Positions 26,571-39,807 of a stretch of 64,000 nucleotides of DNA are shown here, piece by piece. Each line of letters begins with the position of its first letter. Position 1 is the stretch's first letter. The stretch comes from Vicugna vicugna (Eukaryota). The notes beneath the pieces were generated by a model that made no database searches, had not been told where the DNA came from, and saw only the letters and a program-made list of their open reading frames with translations. The stretch covers positions 688,941-752,940 of the forward strand of contig MU058844.1 in the NCBI GenBank assembly GCA_013265495.1, given 5' to 3'. The position numbers and the translations under genes were made by a program.

Positions 26571-27685
26571 AACTGCTATGGGTCTGGAGCTCAAAGTTCC
26601 TGAATATGAAGTCCCCAGCCCAGTGCCCAGATGATCGGTAAGTGGCAGTTCCCATATCTGGAACTCCCAGATTTGGTTCATAAATGCTGCACAGAAGAGA
26701 AGATTCCCAAGCCAGTGCTGATTATCACACCACGTGGCTTCTCTTACCTGTCCAAGCCTAGGGTTGCTTTACAAAAAAGAAATGTCTTGATCTATGGACC
26801 AAGTTTGTCTCTTCAACCTCATCTTTATAAAGAAGATGACATAATTTTGGATGAAATGCCTTTTCCTGCATTCCAAAAGAGTAGTCAGTAGAAAATTTCA
26901 ACACCCTTACTCAGGGTTCTCTGAACATCTCTCTCTAGCCCTTAGACACATGACAGGGGAATGACTTCCTCCCTGGATCCCTCAAAACAGCTATCCTTCA
27001 TTTTCTGCTGTCTTCTTTCTCCCAAACAATAGTTTTGGTTTCTTCTCTCTTGCCTTGAAATAATCTATTTCTTGATTCTCTCCTGTCTCCAATGTTCCAC
27101 ACTTCCCTAAGCCTCAGATCTAGTCATCCTCTGGGGTCCCTATTTCCATAGTGTTCTTTGGATATTGAGTCCTAGTTTCCTTGGACAAGGTGGTAAGAAA
27201 TTGTTTTTGAAATTCTGGAATTACCTCCGGAAGCCAGAGTTGCTGGAGGTGTCTCAGATAGTCCAGTGGCCTCCAGGCATTTGAGTGGTGAAGGTGGACA
27301 TAAGAGACTGTGTTTCTACTCCCAGGGACAGTATGTGCCCCCACTCTGCAGGTCCTCTTGGTTTGCAAATGCTGGCCATGAACCAAGAGGTCAATACCAT
27401 TCAGCTTAGAGAAAGTATTTTGCCAACATTTAATTTGGGGTAGAAAGATCTACTAGGAGGCCAGCTCCTCCGTAGTTTCAAGCTGTGAAGATGGTCCTTG
27501 AAGTTTGGGGGAAATACACTAGTAGAGGAGGAGGTATGAAGGGGCACATCCAGAGGCAGCAAAGCCTTTTTACCTCCTGATTTCTGTCTGTGCAAATAGG
27601 GGGGTGCTACATTACAGAGAACCAAGGGTCCTGTGGCTTTTCCCCTCACTTTCATGCTTGGTACCATCTCAAAAAAGTCCTTGTT

Positions 27686-27826
27686 AACATACACACTACT
27701 ATATATAAAATAAGTAAACAACAAGGATCTACTATACAGCACAAGGAACTATATTCATTATCTTGTAATAACCTATAATGGAAAAGAATCTGAAAAGGTA
27801 TGTATATATATATTTTTTCATAGTTT
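27686..27826 (+). mobile_element. L1 3'UTR fragment with TSDs but no poly-A tail
   Basis: Same 3'UTR segment as at ~7140-7260 and ~18200-18330; TSD aaagtccttgtt at 27674-27685 and 27827-27838. Confidence 0.8.
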
Positions 27827-29249
27827 AAAGTCCTTGTTTCCAAGATTAGCTCCAAACAGGAGGCACAGGATGTTTCCTGAATGGCTCATTGGGTTTTACT
27901 TGACAGGTGTGTCCTGTGGCAGGAACAACAGCTCAAGTGTGGCAGAGTCTTGTCAAGAGAGCTTCTTGGCTCAGTCTTCCCTCCTGTTTCAGCTGCTCCT
28001 TGGCTCTGTGCTCATGAGCATCTGGGAAACTGGGCATGGAAGTAACCCCACACTTTGTTCGATGACTAGCAGACACACAGGCGAGACAAGCCAGGAGCCC
28101 AGCCAATTCCCTTAAGGAGTGTTGGGTGGAGACCACGCCAATGGGGAGGAGCCGGAGGACAGGCACTCAGTGCTGCCACCAGTGCACCCAGCCAAGCTGG
28201 CCTCAGCATCTGGCACGGGCTTCTAGTCTCTGACCCCCATCTTATTCCATCCTTCCTGAAGATTCATTAAGGGGAACACGGAAGGCTTTTTATAGGCATA
28301 CTGGTTCTGCCTTGGTAGGGTTGCTGAGAACAAAAAATATATTTCTGGAGTGGACAGATCTTTAGAAACATCCTTGCCAAAAATTTTTATTTAGTTCATC
28401 ACAGGACATGTTGATGTAAGAAGGATTTTCCTAACACCTCCAAAGCTCGAAGGGGTGTTGTATGCATGAGCTGTTTGTGTGTCAAGGAGACCAGAGGAGC
28501 AGAGGGGAGGGAAGTCTTTGGCTTCAGTTCTGACACTTTTAAACCTGTGGAGATTTCTGGAATCACCATGCCAGGTCCTGTGGGGAATCCTTAGCCTCAC
28601 TCATTGTTTCCCTGGAAACAACAGAAATTTCTGATATAAAACAGAAGGCAATCTATGGTCATCACCCTTAAAAAGAACAAATGTCTGGCTTTCACCTCTG
28701 CTGCTTAAGCTGGGGCCAGCTTTTCCTGTTGTCTCCTTTATGGACTTTGGCATAAGGAGCTAAAGGAAAACTTGTAAATGGGAAGAAGACTTCCTCTCTG
28801 AGTCCAGACAGGAGCGAGTGAACCGGTTTCAAAGCAGCAAGTTTTAACTAGCAGCTTCGCTCCAGGATGTTGGAGACCCCACCCTGAGCTTGTTTTTAAG
28901 TGGGCCCCTGAGTTTTTCTTCCTGTTTTCCGATTTAACTGTCTGGACTTCTAAATTACAGGGAGAACAGCCCAGGAACAGAAAAGCTGCTCTCATCTGCT
29001 TTCAGGTCTGCTGCAGACTAGAGAGAGAAGCTGCCAGTACTTTGAGATTTCCGGTATGGCCCCCCAGACTTGGTGGGTGGAATTATCCTGATGTGATTTG
29101 GAGAAAGGGCACAGGCACATGAGCATTTATAAGCCTGAGAAGAATCTTTATTCCTTTCAGGTTCATTGGACTGTCACTATCCCTACTGATAAATCAGGTG
29201 TGTCCATCTTCCCACAATCTCAGCACCTCACACAGAGAGCACGATGTCA

Positions 29250-29400
29250 CGGAAGGAAACTTGCAGGCCGGGTGGGAGTCATAGGTTCCAGTCCCAATTC
29301 TGCCTCCATGAGCTGTGTGACCTTGAATGAGTCCATTACCTTCTCTGGGCTTCACTTTATTCGTCATTAAACTGTGTATGTTTGGGGGGATACTAGATTA
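29250..29400 (+). mobile_element. MIR SINE
   Basis: 'ggttccagtcccaattctgcc...agctgtgtgaccttgaatgagtc...ctctgggcttcacttt'. Confidence 0.7.
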
Positions 29401-29419
29401 TTCCGGGGTGTTTTCCTTT

Positions 29420-30350
29420 GTTTTAAATTGTGGTAAAAAGCACAACATAAAAATTTACCATCTTAACCGTTTTAAAGTGTACAGCTCAGTAGTGTGAAGT
29501 AAATTCTCATTGTTGTGAAACAGATCTCCACAACTTCTTCATCTTGCAAAACTGAATTCTATACCCATTGAACGACAATCCCCCTTTCCCTCCTCCTCCA
29601 GCCCCTGCTAACCACCATTCTACTTTTTGTTCTATGAATCTGACTATTTAAGATACCTCATATAAGTGGAATCATACAGTATTATTTATTTTTTTGTGAC
29701 TGTCTATTTCAGTTAACATAATGCCTTCAAGGTTCATCCATGTTGTAGCATGTGTCAGAATTTTCTTTCTTTTAAAGGCAGAATAATATTCCCCTTTTAT
29801 GTAGGTACTGCAGTTTGTTTATCCACTCATCTGTTGACAGACATTTGGGTTATTTTCACTTCTTGGCTATTGGGAGTCATGCTGCTGTGAACATTGATGT
29901 TCAAGTTCTGTTCAAGTCCCTGCTTTCTTTTGGAGATTATATGTATATTTATATATATATTTATGTTTATTTTTATATTGATTTATATTTATATTTGTAT
30001 CCTAAATCCTGGATCACATTTTAGTTCTATTTTTAATTTTTTGAGGAACTGCCATAATGTTTTCCAAGGTGTTCACCCACTTCATATTCCCACCAGCAAA
30101 TCACAAGGGCTCCAATTTATCTGCATCCTCATTAACACTTGCTACCTTTTGGTTTTTATAGTTGACATCTTAATGGATGTGAAGTGGTAATGTATTGTGT
30201 TTTGATTTGTATTTCTCTGATGACTAGTGATGTTGAGCATCTTTTCATGTGCTTATTGGCCATTCATGTATCATCTTTGGAAAAGTGTCTCTCCAAGTCT
30301 TTGCCCATTTTTTAATCCAGATATTTGATTTTTGTTGCTGCTAAGTTGTA
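29420..30350 (-). mobile_element. L1M 3' region
   Basis: 'aaatttaccatcttaaccgttttaaagtgtacag...gatgttgagcatcttttcatgtgcttattggccatt'. Confidence 0.9.
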
Positions 30351-30669
30351 TACTAGATGACTCTATGGACTATCTTTAATATTTATAACTCTAGAATCTT
30401 AGTGTCTCCAGCCAAATTTTTTCATTTCTATTTCCTTCTTTTCAGTGAACAGAAAATGGTTAATTGCCATATGATATGTCTGTAAGAAACTGAATCCATC
30501 AATGACTCAGATTTTTTTAAAATTTCTTTCTTTCTTTTTTTTTTTTTTTTTTTAAACAAAAACTGAAGGTGCGCCGTTCAGGTTTTGATGGGAATAGATG
30601 CTCATCATGCAAAGGAAAGTGTGGAGTGGGAATCTTTTTCCCTCTAAAGCAAATGCTTCTTCAGGACTG

Positions 30670-30850
30670 ACTGTATACTGAGCAGTTTTCTAAGTATTTT
30701 ACATATATTAACACAATTAATCCTCACAGCAACAACAAATTTATGAGGTAAATGCCAGTATCATCCTCATTTCACAATGATGAAACTGAGGCACAGAGAG
30801 AGCAAGTAACTTGCCTTAGATCACAAAGCTGGTAACTTGAGGCCAGAGGT
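30670..30850 (-). mobile_element. MIR SINE
   Basis: 'gatgaaactgaggcacagagagagcaagtaacttgccttagatcaca'. Confidence 0.8.
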
Positions 30851-30999
30851 CTCATCCTTAGCCGCTGTTCCTGTCATCCTTAGCTGCTGCCTTGGATATA
30901 GACTTCTTTAGTCTTTATTCTATCGTATAGTATTATCCCGGGATGCTTTTTGTCTCTCTCCCCTGCCTCAACTTTCAGTTGTACACTCTGGGACCCTAT

Positions 31000-32020
31000 T
31001 CTGTGATAAACAGAGTCCCTGCATCCTTAACATTTCTGCTAAATGTTTCCTCTATTTTCTGAGAGCTGAGTCTCCCCTGAGTTTCCTGGTTTTCTTTTAT
31101 CCTTCTCAAGGGAAGGGGGCTCACTCTCTGTTTCTCAAGCTGGGAGTTGGGAATTAATATCTCCTTTGCTCTCCAAAGCTATTGGCAGGATGCTGTTCCA
31201 CCCTCCCATGTAAAATTCCCTTTGGCCTAGAGGCTCACATCTCATCCCTGTGACATCCCTGTCATGTGTCAGTCTGCTGATCAGTCTCTATATTCACAGA
31301 AGATTTTAGGAGCAAGCTCATGACATCTCTCTCCCCAGCTTCTGCCAACTGCTAACCTGGGTGACTCCAGAGTCCAGAAGGATGACCCTCCTGAACCCAT
31401 TGGCTTCTCTGATCTTTATCTTTAGGTTCAGTGTTTTTCACTTGGCCTCTACATCACCATGCTGGTCTTTCAACAGCCCTACCCTCCTGCCGTGTCATCA
31501 CTCTGGACTGCCCCATCCCGAAATCTCAAACTCCTATGTCCTTTGAGCTCATTCATTCATTCCTTTACCCCTATTAGTTCACAAAGGTGTCTAGAGCCTA
31601 GACCATCATGTTCACCTAGTCTGTGTCCCCTCCACACTTAACCCGGACCCTAGGGCAATCATCTGAACTTTTTTCTCATGAGAGCATCCTCAGCAGTATT
31701 AGTCCCCACCTGTACCTTCTTTCCTCCTGTTTTGGAGAAGGAAGCATCTCCCTTTCCTTCAGACTGAACTCTTCAACCTGTGTCCCTGCCCCCTTCTCTG
31801 GGGTTCTGCTCTGCCATTCATTCCCTTTCTGCCCTGGGTCTTCACTCCCTTCCTTTTCCCTATGACATGCTAATCTCTTTCCATTCCCCGTCCTCCCCTG
31901 ACCCTGCATTCCCACCCCAGCTTCTGTCTAATCTTGCTCCTTCCTCTTCTCTAAAATTTCTGAAAAGACAGTCTCTACCTACTCATCTCCTTTCAACTCT
32001 CAGTCTACTAAAATCTGACT
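31000..32020 (+). mobile_element. Decayed L2 internal (endonuclease-region) fragment
   Basis: Pyrimidine-rich; 'cacagaagattttagg...cctgggtgact...gatgaccct...ttggcttctc' follows the L2 'EDF...LGDF...DDP...LAS' region. Confidence 0.55.
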
Positions 32021-34394
32021 TCTTTTCACAGGGTATTTGGGTACATGTGAGGCTGGATTAGAAATACCAAGTTGCGAATGATTGATTACTTCCACTGACT
32101 TGCTGGAGAGGGAGGCCAAGATGATGCAAGAGAAGAAGATGGGTGAACCTGAGAAGCATGGCAACATTTGCAATGTGTCTGAGGGGGAAAGAGTATAAAA
32201 GGACTATCAAGTGCCATTCTGTTCATCTTAATTGAAGGCTAACTTGCACAGTGCCTGGAACATAGAGGATATTCAGTAGAGGAGCCCCCCTCCCACTCTT
32301 GTCCCCTTTCTTTGGAGCTCAGTTTTCTTTGTACAGCATGGGGTTGGACCAAATGATCATCAGATGCCTTCCAGCTCTAACCGTCTTCATACAACAAAAT
32401 TTCTCCTAGCAATGTCTTGAGTTTACAACTGCCTTGGAGACAAGCCTTTCAAAAACTGCTTACAAAAAGGCCTGTGTTCTTTCCACAGAGCATTCTAAAC
32501 AGATATCAACAAGAAATGTTTTTGAGAAACATTGAAACTCATTACGTAATCGCCTTTTACCTCATTGTGCTTCTTCTTGAGTAATCTAAACCAAAGTGTT
32601 GTGGTGACGGTAGTGTTATGAGGATTAAAGCGGTGATGTGATTTCCATCCAAGTTAGTACATGTGCATTTCAAAGGGATTTTTGGGTTTAGCATATAACC
32701 TTAAGTAGTAACTACAATTCAATTAAATTTTGGACTAAATAAAGGCTGATGGTTTTTAGACAGATGAGGGCTTTTGTGAACATAGCTAGACAAAAAGAAT
32801 ATGAAAAGAATGCAGAATTCAATCAGGCAGTAAAGAGATTAGTTGAATCCAGCCTAGACTAAGGGTTGCTGAATTCCATCTACCCAAATTAAGCTTCTCT
32901 AAAAAGGGCTAGTATGTTTGCTATTTCAAGAGAATGTAGCATACTTGGATCCTAAAAGCTTGTTTTTGTGATTTCAATATGAAACGGGTAACACTTTACT
33001 CTTGAGATTCTAAGTTGAAAGATATATGAGATGTTGATTAAGTTTGTAAACAGAACTGGAATATTTCAGAACTCAATTAATTCTTTTTTTAAGTTTATTT
33101 GATTAGAGTTGCAATAAGAGAGCTTCAAATGCTAGCAAAGTTTTTGTTTGTTATAGTTGTAAATTTGTCCTGTAAGAGACACAGAGGCATGTAAGAATTA
33201 GTTTGAGTATATTACATTTATAAATGCAGTTTAAAATTAAGACTATTTAACTGATGAAGTTTATAAATGGAACTGATTATTTAAGCAGTTTAGTTTGTCA
33301 GCAGGAGTTTCTGGAAGCTTATCAGAGAAAATTTGAAAGTGATTTTCTTATTTACTAGTTTTATAGATAGAGTTGTAGTTTGGACACACAAGTAATGAAA
33401 ACCAGGTTCTCATTTGTAATTTGGGAACTTGAATATTAATTTAGGGTCAAGTAACTGAAAATCCTTTCTGTGGAAAAGGCCCCCATTAAGAACAGGATAG
33501 GCCAAGACAGGAAGGATGAAAATGTCTGGCGTGTATGGACAAGGAGAGCTGTCCAGTGCTGCAGGGCAGAGGGTACCCCAGGGATGTGGTGGCCGATATG
33601 ATAAGGAACACTGGAGTGTACTGAGGACTGTGCCCTCAGATATTTGCTCTTACACTTCGTAATGTGAATGCTTTTAAGAATGCTCTCATTCTAATTTTTA
33701 TCTTTGCATGCCCTTATTTGACATGATATTTGATATTTAGCAGATTAGGATTAAACCAGAACAAGGTAACACTCAAAATTGGATGACACATTAACTCGAT
33801 GGGGAATATTGACTGGTTTCTCAGCAGTTCAAGTGCAATATTATCTCACTACCAAATGATTTATTTTTACTCTCTTGAAAATTGGGGGCCAAAAAGAGGT
33901 AAACTAGAAATGAGCAAACGTTCTTAAATAACCAGTGGATAAAGTAGAATCTGTACTGATTTTTGGCTCTCTCAGTTAATTTGTACCAAATGGTGAGGCA
34001 GCAGAAGCAATTGCCTTTGAGGTGGCCCAGGTTTCCCATTCTCTTTCCCCACTTAGAGCTATGCCTTTGTTTTATCCACTCGTTGGATTCCACTCTCAGG
34101 GAGAATTGGATTATTGGTTGACATTTTAACATGAATTTAAGATCAAGGGGTAGTTTTTCTCCAAGTCTTGTCTCAGTCATGGAATGGGAGTAACGGTACA
34201 AGGCCATCAGTATGGCGGTGAATTAAGTGACCACCACCTTCACTGAGAGTACCTTCAGAGAGGGTGAGTACAGGTAGGAGAGCACATAGTGTTCACCTCT
34301 GTTGAGAGATTTTTATAAGAGAAGGGGCTCTGGTAATAATTATTCTGAGACTGTCCTGGAAGATGGGAGAGATGGTGGGCCTACCTACAGGCCA

Positions 34395-34650
34395 GTATTT
34401 CTTAAACCTGGCTAGTCATCATAATGACTCAAAGAGATGTTTTTAAAACATGCTGCTCCATGACACAACACCGTAAAATGATTATGAATCAATAAAAAAT
34501 GTAAAAAAAAAAAAATAAGAACTTAAAAAAAAAAAACATGCTGCTCCTGACATTCCACATTCAAGTTCTTACTCAGTTGGTCTGGGATGCCATCAGTCCT
34601 GTTGGGGTAGTTGTTTTAGGACCAGTGATGTGTATTCTTTCTTGTAACAG
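34395..34650. mobile_element. MER5-like MITE interrupted by a short L1 tail
   Basis: 'cagtatttcttaaacctggct...ttttaaaacatgctgctcc...ttcttactcagttggtctggga'. Confidence 0.55.
34460..34532 (+). mobile_element. Ultra-short L1 3' terminus with bipartite A tail
   Basis: 'tgacacaacaccgtaaaatgattatgaatcaataaa', A tract, 'taagaactt', A tract; perfect TSD aaaacatgctgctcc (34445-34459, 34533-34547). Confidence 0.85.
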
Positions 34651-35769
34651 GTACTTAACGAAGCAGGTGTGTACTACATTTACTTCTTTTTGTTGTAACA
34701 ACGCAGTTATGATTTGTGAGCACTCATTTCCTCACTCTTACTCAGAAGCAAGCAGAAGCCCTAACTATTATAGATTCTAGTAATCAATAAGCCATCTCTG
34801 TCTTGCCTTTTCTCTCTCTCTGAACTTTCTCTTCTCCCCCTTGTGTTTCTCCATAGCACCCTTATAGGCTGCCTCAGGCTCTTTTCACTGACTCTTTGCT
34901 CATATTGTTTTTATATTCTTCAGAATAAGTGAAACTGTATATATCCTTATTAGTTATCCAGAACAAGATGTTAATAACCTTATCTTCCCTTCTTAGATCT
35001 ACTATACATCAGACCCAAGACTGGCAGTTGTACATAGATACTACTTCATTTCATCCTCAGCACAACCCTGGAAGGCCGGGGCTTGATTCAAAAAAGTTAA
35101 CTCTATTGCCTGAAATGACTCTGCTCAGGAGTGACTAATTTTAGTTTTCTTCATCACCAGCAAACATTGATTGAGTATCTCGCACAGGAGGGCACTGAGA
35201 CCAGCCTAGGCTGTCCTGAGCTTGCTAATGAGATCACGCTGCCCTTGCCTTGGTACACTGTGTCTTGTGGTATTGATTAAAAGCTGCACATTAAAAATAA
35301 ACCTTGAAACCTTTAGCTCTTTGCCTAGCCTTTAAAAATGATTATTAATATCATATTCTCTCCAATTCCACAAGTGTTACAATTTGAAAAATCCAAAAGA
35401 GCACACCGAGGAAAATCTAAAGAACACCAATAATTCTATTAATTAGACGAAATTACTGTCAACTTTTCACGTATCACAACCTGCGTTTTGCTGAACACTT
35501 TGCACATACACATATAGCATTCTTATACTTTAAAAACACAAATTTGATCATCCTAGGTTTTATATGTCAGTTTATGTTTTTCCACAGTGGTTGTAGCATG
35601 CACAATGGCTACAAAGACCAGGGTTACATTACTTAACTGAACACAATCTACTTATTTATCCCATCCCTGATTGTTGGTTACTCAGATTATTTCCATTTCT
35701 ATTTTTTAAAACAAGTCTGTGTTATCTAACCCTGCTGTCCTTTAAATATCAAGACTACAGGCAAATAGT

Positions 35770-38515
35770 TTTAAAGATGCAAGAAGTCAGAATATGTATA
35801 CTCATGATCTCATCCTGAAAATCTAATGGATGATGACCTGTATCCTATCAAGAGCTGACTGGGAAAACAGCAGCAAAAGCACTGACAGTGAGCACTGATT
35901 ATACTTAACTGTGGGTCTAAGACTTAAACGCAGATGGGGAAAAAGCAAAAGAATAGCATGTAAATATGAAACATTCTGACAAATTAGAAAAAACACAACT
36001 GAAAACATTGGAGAAGAGAAAGGGGGAGTAAAATAAGACCACTGATTGGCATGCAAGTAATGCGCAGGTATGTAAGTGGGAGTCAAAAGATACCACTTAA
36101 AGGACTAAAGCAATCGTAGAATTCTATGTAAGGAAAAGGGGATCATGACCATTAAAAAAATCAAAGCATTAATGTAAAGGTAACCACTACTGTAAATATA
36201 TAAACTTTCTTAAATTTCAAAACATGTAACAATAATAAAAAAGAGAGAAAATGGTTTCTTGTATTTGCAAAAATAAATATATTAAGGGTAGTCTATAAGC
36301 TCATAACCATACACCTAGGAGGGTTATAGGCAATAAGGGTGGAAAGGATAGGAATGGGAGTTAGATTTCTCTGATCTTACCTTTTGATACAGTTTTGACT
36401 TCTGAACCATGTAAAGTAATATTTAGTAATGAATATACATATTCAAAAAATGAAACTAAATCTAAAGAATAAAAAGAGCAAACCTTAAAACTAAATATAA
36501 ATAGAAACAAATGAACCTAACTGCATATCAAGTACATCAAATGTAACTACATAGAAAATGGAATTAAGTACATTTTTAATATACTTTCATAAAATATATT
36601 CTATGAACAGAAAGAACTTTAAACAAATATTTCATTTTACTTAGGTTTTATTTGTGTAGTGAGTAATACTGAGGTTATTTTGGGTGTATTGAAGCATATA
36701 GCAAATGAGAAAATATCTTAAACTTTTTGGAATCTACAATTCTCACTGTGGGAGAAGATAAAAATATGAAATGGGGGAAAGAGAGGAAGATTTCTGTGGT
36801 ATTGGATTGAATTGGAGGTATCAGTATGAACTCATGATTTCTTGAAAAAATAGATTTCTTGGCTCTGTGTACTGAAAGAGTTTAGAAATAATGACATCCC
36901 CCTAGCCATGAGCATGCCTAGAAGCCAGATATTGGTTTCTAAATTTCATTCTTCATTTAAAAGAACCAGGCTCCTTGGAGAAACAGCTGATTTGAGGTCT
37001 GAGACGGGAAAAGTACAAGGCAAGCCTAGAACCACTTGGGCCAGAAAATGGAAGAGCTCAAGATCAAGGGGACAGTGTCAAAATTTTACAGACTATTGTG
37101 GCTCCCATTGCACAAATCTAGGTCAATTTAAGCATCTAAAAGAATAATGATGGTGATGGGGGAAAAGAATACAAAAGAATGCCAGCTAATACATGTAGAA
37201 AGAAGGATAGAAATAGAAAATTACCAGACATGATAACACCGCAGTGCCTATATCTTGATGAAGTCTGGATATTAAAATAAATATTATAAAGACCATTCTG
37301 GGGAAAGTTTTCCTGAATTCTGTATTAGATGGCATTGAATCAATGTTCAATGTATTTAAAGTATTAATCCTGGCTATGAGGGGAATGTCCTTGTTATTAG
37401 GAGATAGGCTGAAGTGTTAAAAGGTGAAGTGTCACAATGTCTGTAATCTAATTGGAATGAAACAGCAAAGAATAAGGATACAGGATGAAAATGATAATGC
37501 AAATGTGGCAAAATTGGTAGCAATTGATGAATCTAGGTGAAAGTGTGTAGGTGTTCATTATTGTAACTTTGATATTTTTCAAAATAAAAAGCAAGGTGGT
37601 GGGCAGAAGTTACTTCATTTTAGAAGAAACAGATCTAATGAAACAATAGGTATTATAAAATCACAACATTACCATTTTAAAAATCTCTAATGAAATAATG
37701 GATCTAGGCAATATTCGTCAGTCATTGCTAAAAACTATTAGGTGAAAAGTTGATGAAAGAATGTAAAATTGGGGGATTAGGCTGAGAGCACTTGAATCCA
37801 TGAAGCAATGTAAATATCACTAAAAGTGGAGTGAACAGGCTTTAGGTGCATTTGCTGTGATGTAATATGAAGTACGCAGAGCCACCTATAAAACATTCTT
37901 GCCAAAAAAAAAAAAAGGATCTGAATTCAATCAAGACTCTAGCTCTAACTACCAGTTTGTGGGGGATAGAAGAACATATTAAATTACACAAGAAAGGTAT
38001 AATCAGCCAAATCCAGAATATGAGAAACTACAGGACAAATAGGTTTTTTTCAACAAATAAATGGCATAATGCAAAGTGAAGAAATTGTTATAGTTTACAG
38101 AGACTTACTAGAAATAGCACCTAAATCTACTATGTAGAACTTTTGGGATCAAGATTTGAAAAAATTGTTTGAGACACTTTGAAATTATATATGAATGGGT
38201 ATTGGTTAATATTAACAAATTATTGCTAACTTGAATGGGTGAAAGAATGATATGAGGATAATGTTAATTTTTTTAAAGATCCTTATATTTTAGCAATTCA
38301 AACTGATGTGTTTGAGAGTCAGATGCTAGGATGACTGGGGTTTGCTTTAAAATATTTCAGCAAACTCAAAAACAAAAAAGAATGGTGGGGATAAATGAAA
38401 CAAGAACTGGGCAAAATGTTGATAATCAGTAAAGCTGGGTAGTGGATATATGGTGGTTCATTGTGTTATTCTTTTTACATTCGTATATGTTTGAAAATTT
38501 ATATCATAAAATTTT
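35770..38515 (+). mobile_element. Old L1MC/MD-like 3' region (composite), apparently inserted into an older antisense L1ME-like fragment (~35340-35730 and ~38520-38593)
   Basis: 'atgagcatgcctagaagccagatattggtttctaaa...aaaagaaccaggctccttggagaaacagctgatt' and terminal 'tggttcattgtgttattctttttacattcgtatatgtttgaaaattt'. Confidence 0.75.
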
Positions 38516-38589
38516 CATGCTATACTGACTTTTGAAGTATGTATATCTTTGTACACCTTTTTGATTATTTATTAGAAATAAATTCCTGG

Positions 38590-38875
38590 AAGTATGTTGA
38601 TTGTCACTTTGACATACTTACTGAAAAACTGTGCCTGAACAAATCCAGGTGACACTTTTTCAAAAACCCTCAGTTTCAATCTTGGATGGAAGACCAGTCC
38701 TGGCAGGTGAGGGGTAGCTGGAGGTGGACAGTGGTGGGAGTAGGCAGGGAAATTGTTGAGAATTTTGTGTTTTTCTCTCTTGCAACTAAATATCTCTTAT
38801 GTTGGCCAAAGTTGGCAAATCATTAACGCATGGAAACTAAGAAAGAACTGCATCTTTCTCCCCTCCCTATTCCTT
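38590..38875 (+). repeat. Left arm of long inverted repeat
   Basis: Aligns by hand to the reverse complement of 39808-40092 with about 24 differences in ~286 nt. Confidence 0.97.
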
Positions 38876-38954
38876 AGAGTTCTATCATACTTTGCCTATG
38901 GCACCCAGAGGCCCCCTCCCATTAGTCCTTTTCATCTTCCTCTCATCCTGCCTT

Positions 38955-39266
38955 TTTAAAAAATTGAAGCACAGTTACAATGTGTCAATTTCTAGTATAC
39001 ACCACACTGTCCCAGTCATGCATATACATACATAGATTTGTTTTCATATTCTTTTTCATTAAAAGTTATTACAAGATATTGAATATAGTTCCCTGTGCTA
39101 TACAGAAGGAATTTGTGGTTTTTTAATCTATTTGTATATATATGTATAGTAGCTAACATTTGCAAATCTCAATCTCCCAAATATATCCCTTTCCACCCCC
39201 TTTCCCCCGGTAGCCATAAGATTGTTTACTATGTCTGCGAGTCTGTTTCTGTTTTGTAGATGAGTT
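38955..39266 (-). mobile_element. 5'-truncated L1 3'UTR within the inverted-repeat spacer
   Basis: Antisense match to the L1 3'UTR at 7126-7350; near-perfect TSD tcatcctgc(c)tttt. Confidence 0.9.
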
Positions 39267-39807
39267 CATCCTGCTTTTTGATCCTTTTGTTTTTCCCCAG
39301 GCATAACTTCCACCTCTGCGGAGACTTCTCAGCTTCCCTTAGGGAAGAAATCACAGTTCAATGATTCCCACATTGTAGAATGAAATCTTCCTGATGTATA
39401 TGGTTTAAGAAATAAAAACATGAATTCTTTCAACTAAAAAAGTGAATAAGGAAAGTCAACTCCGCTTCTTACTCCAAATCTGAACAGAAGTGTTACTTGC
39501 TCAGAGCATACAACCAACTCAGCATCCACAAGGTAGTAATGAGGAATAATTCTGCAAGGATAAAGACAGTCATCACAAGAGACACTGACAGTTTTCCCTC
39601 TGCAAATGACAAACAAGCAAACAAAAAACACTCCCACGTGCTCATTGATACTTGAGATTTCTTTAATAGGAAATACATATTTCTAAAGAAGCTACTATGT
39701 AATTTTGGTTAAAAAACAGCCTTTTATTTTGCAATTAAGCAATAGATATCCAAAGTTTTCCAAATGTGCGTACTCTTTGGCCTCACAATTCCTCATGGTT
39801 CTTCACA

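Noticed and set aside
27120..27742. Two adjacent minus-strand ORFs suggesting a processed pseudogene
   Set aside because: No recognisable protein family, no poly-A or TSD, and one ORF starts inside an L1 fragment.
28545..28611. Possible minus-strand exon after 'ttctgttgtttccag'
   Set aside because: Poor donor (GTTTAA) and an in-frame stop after the ATG.
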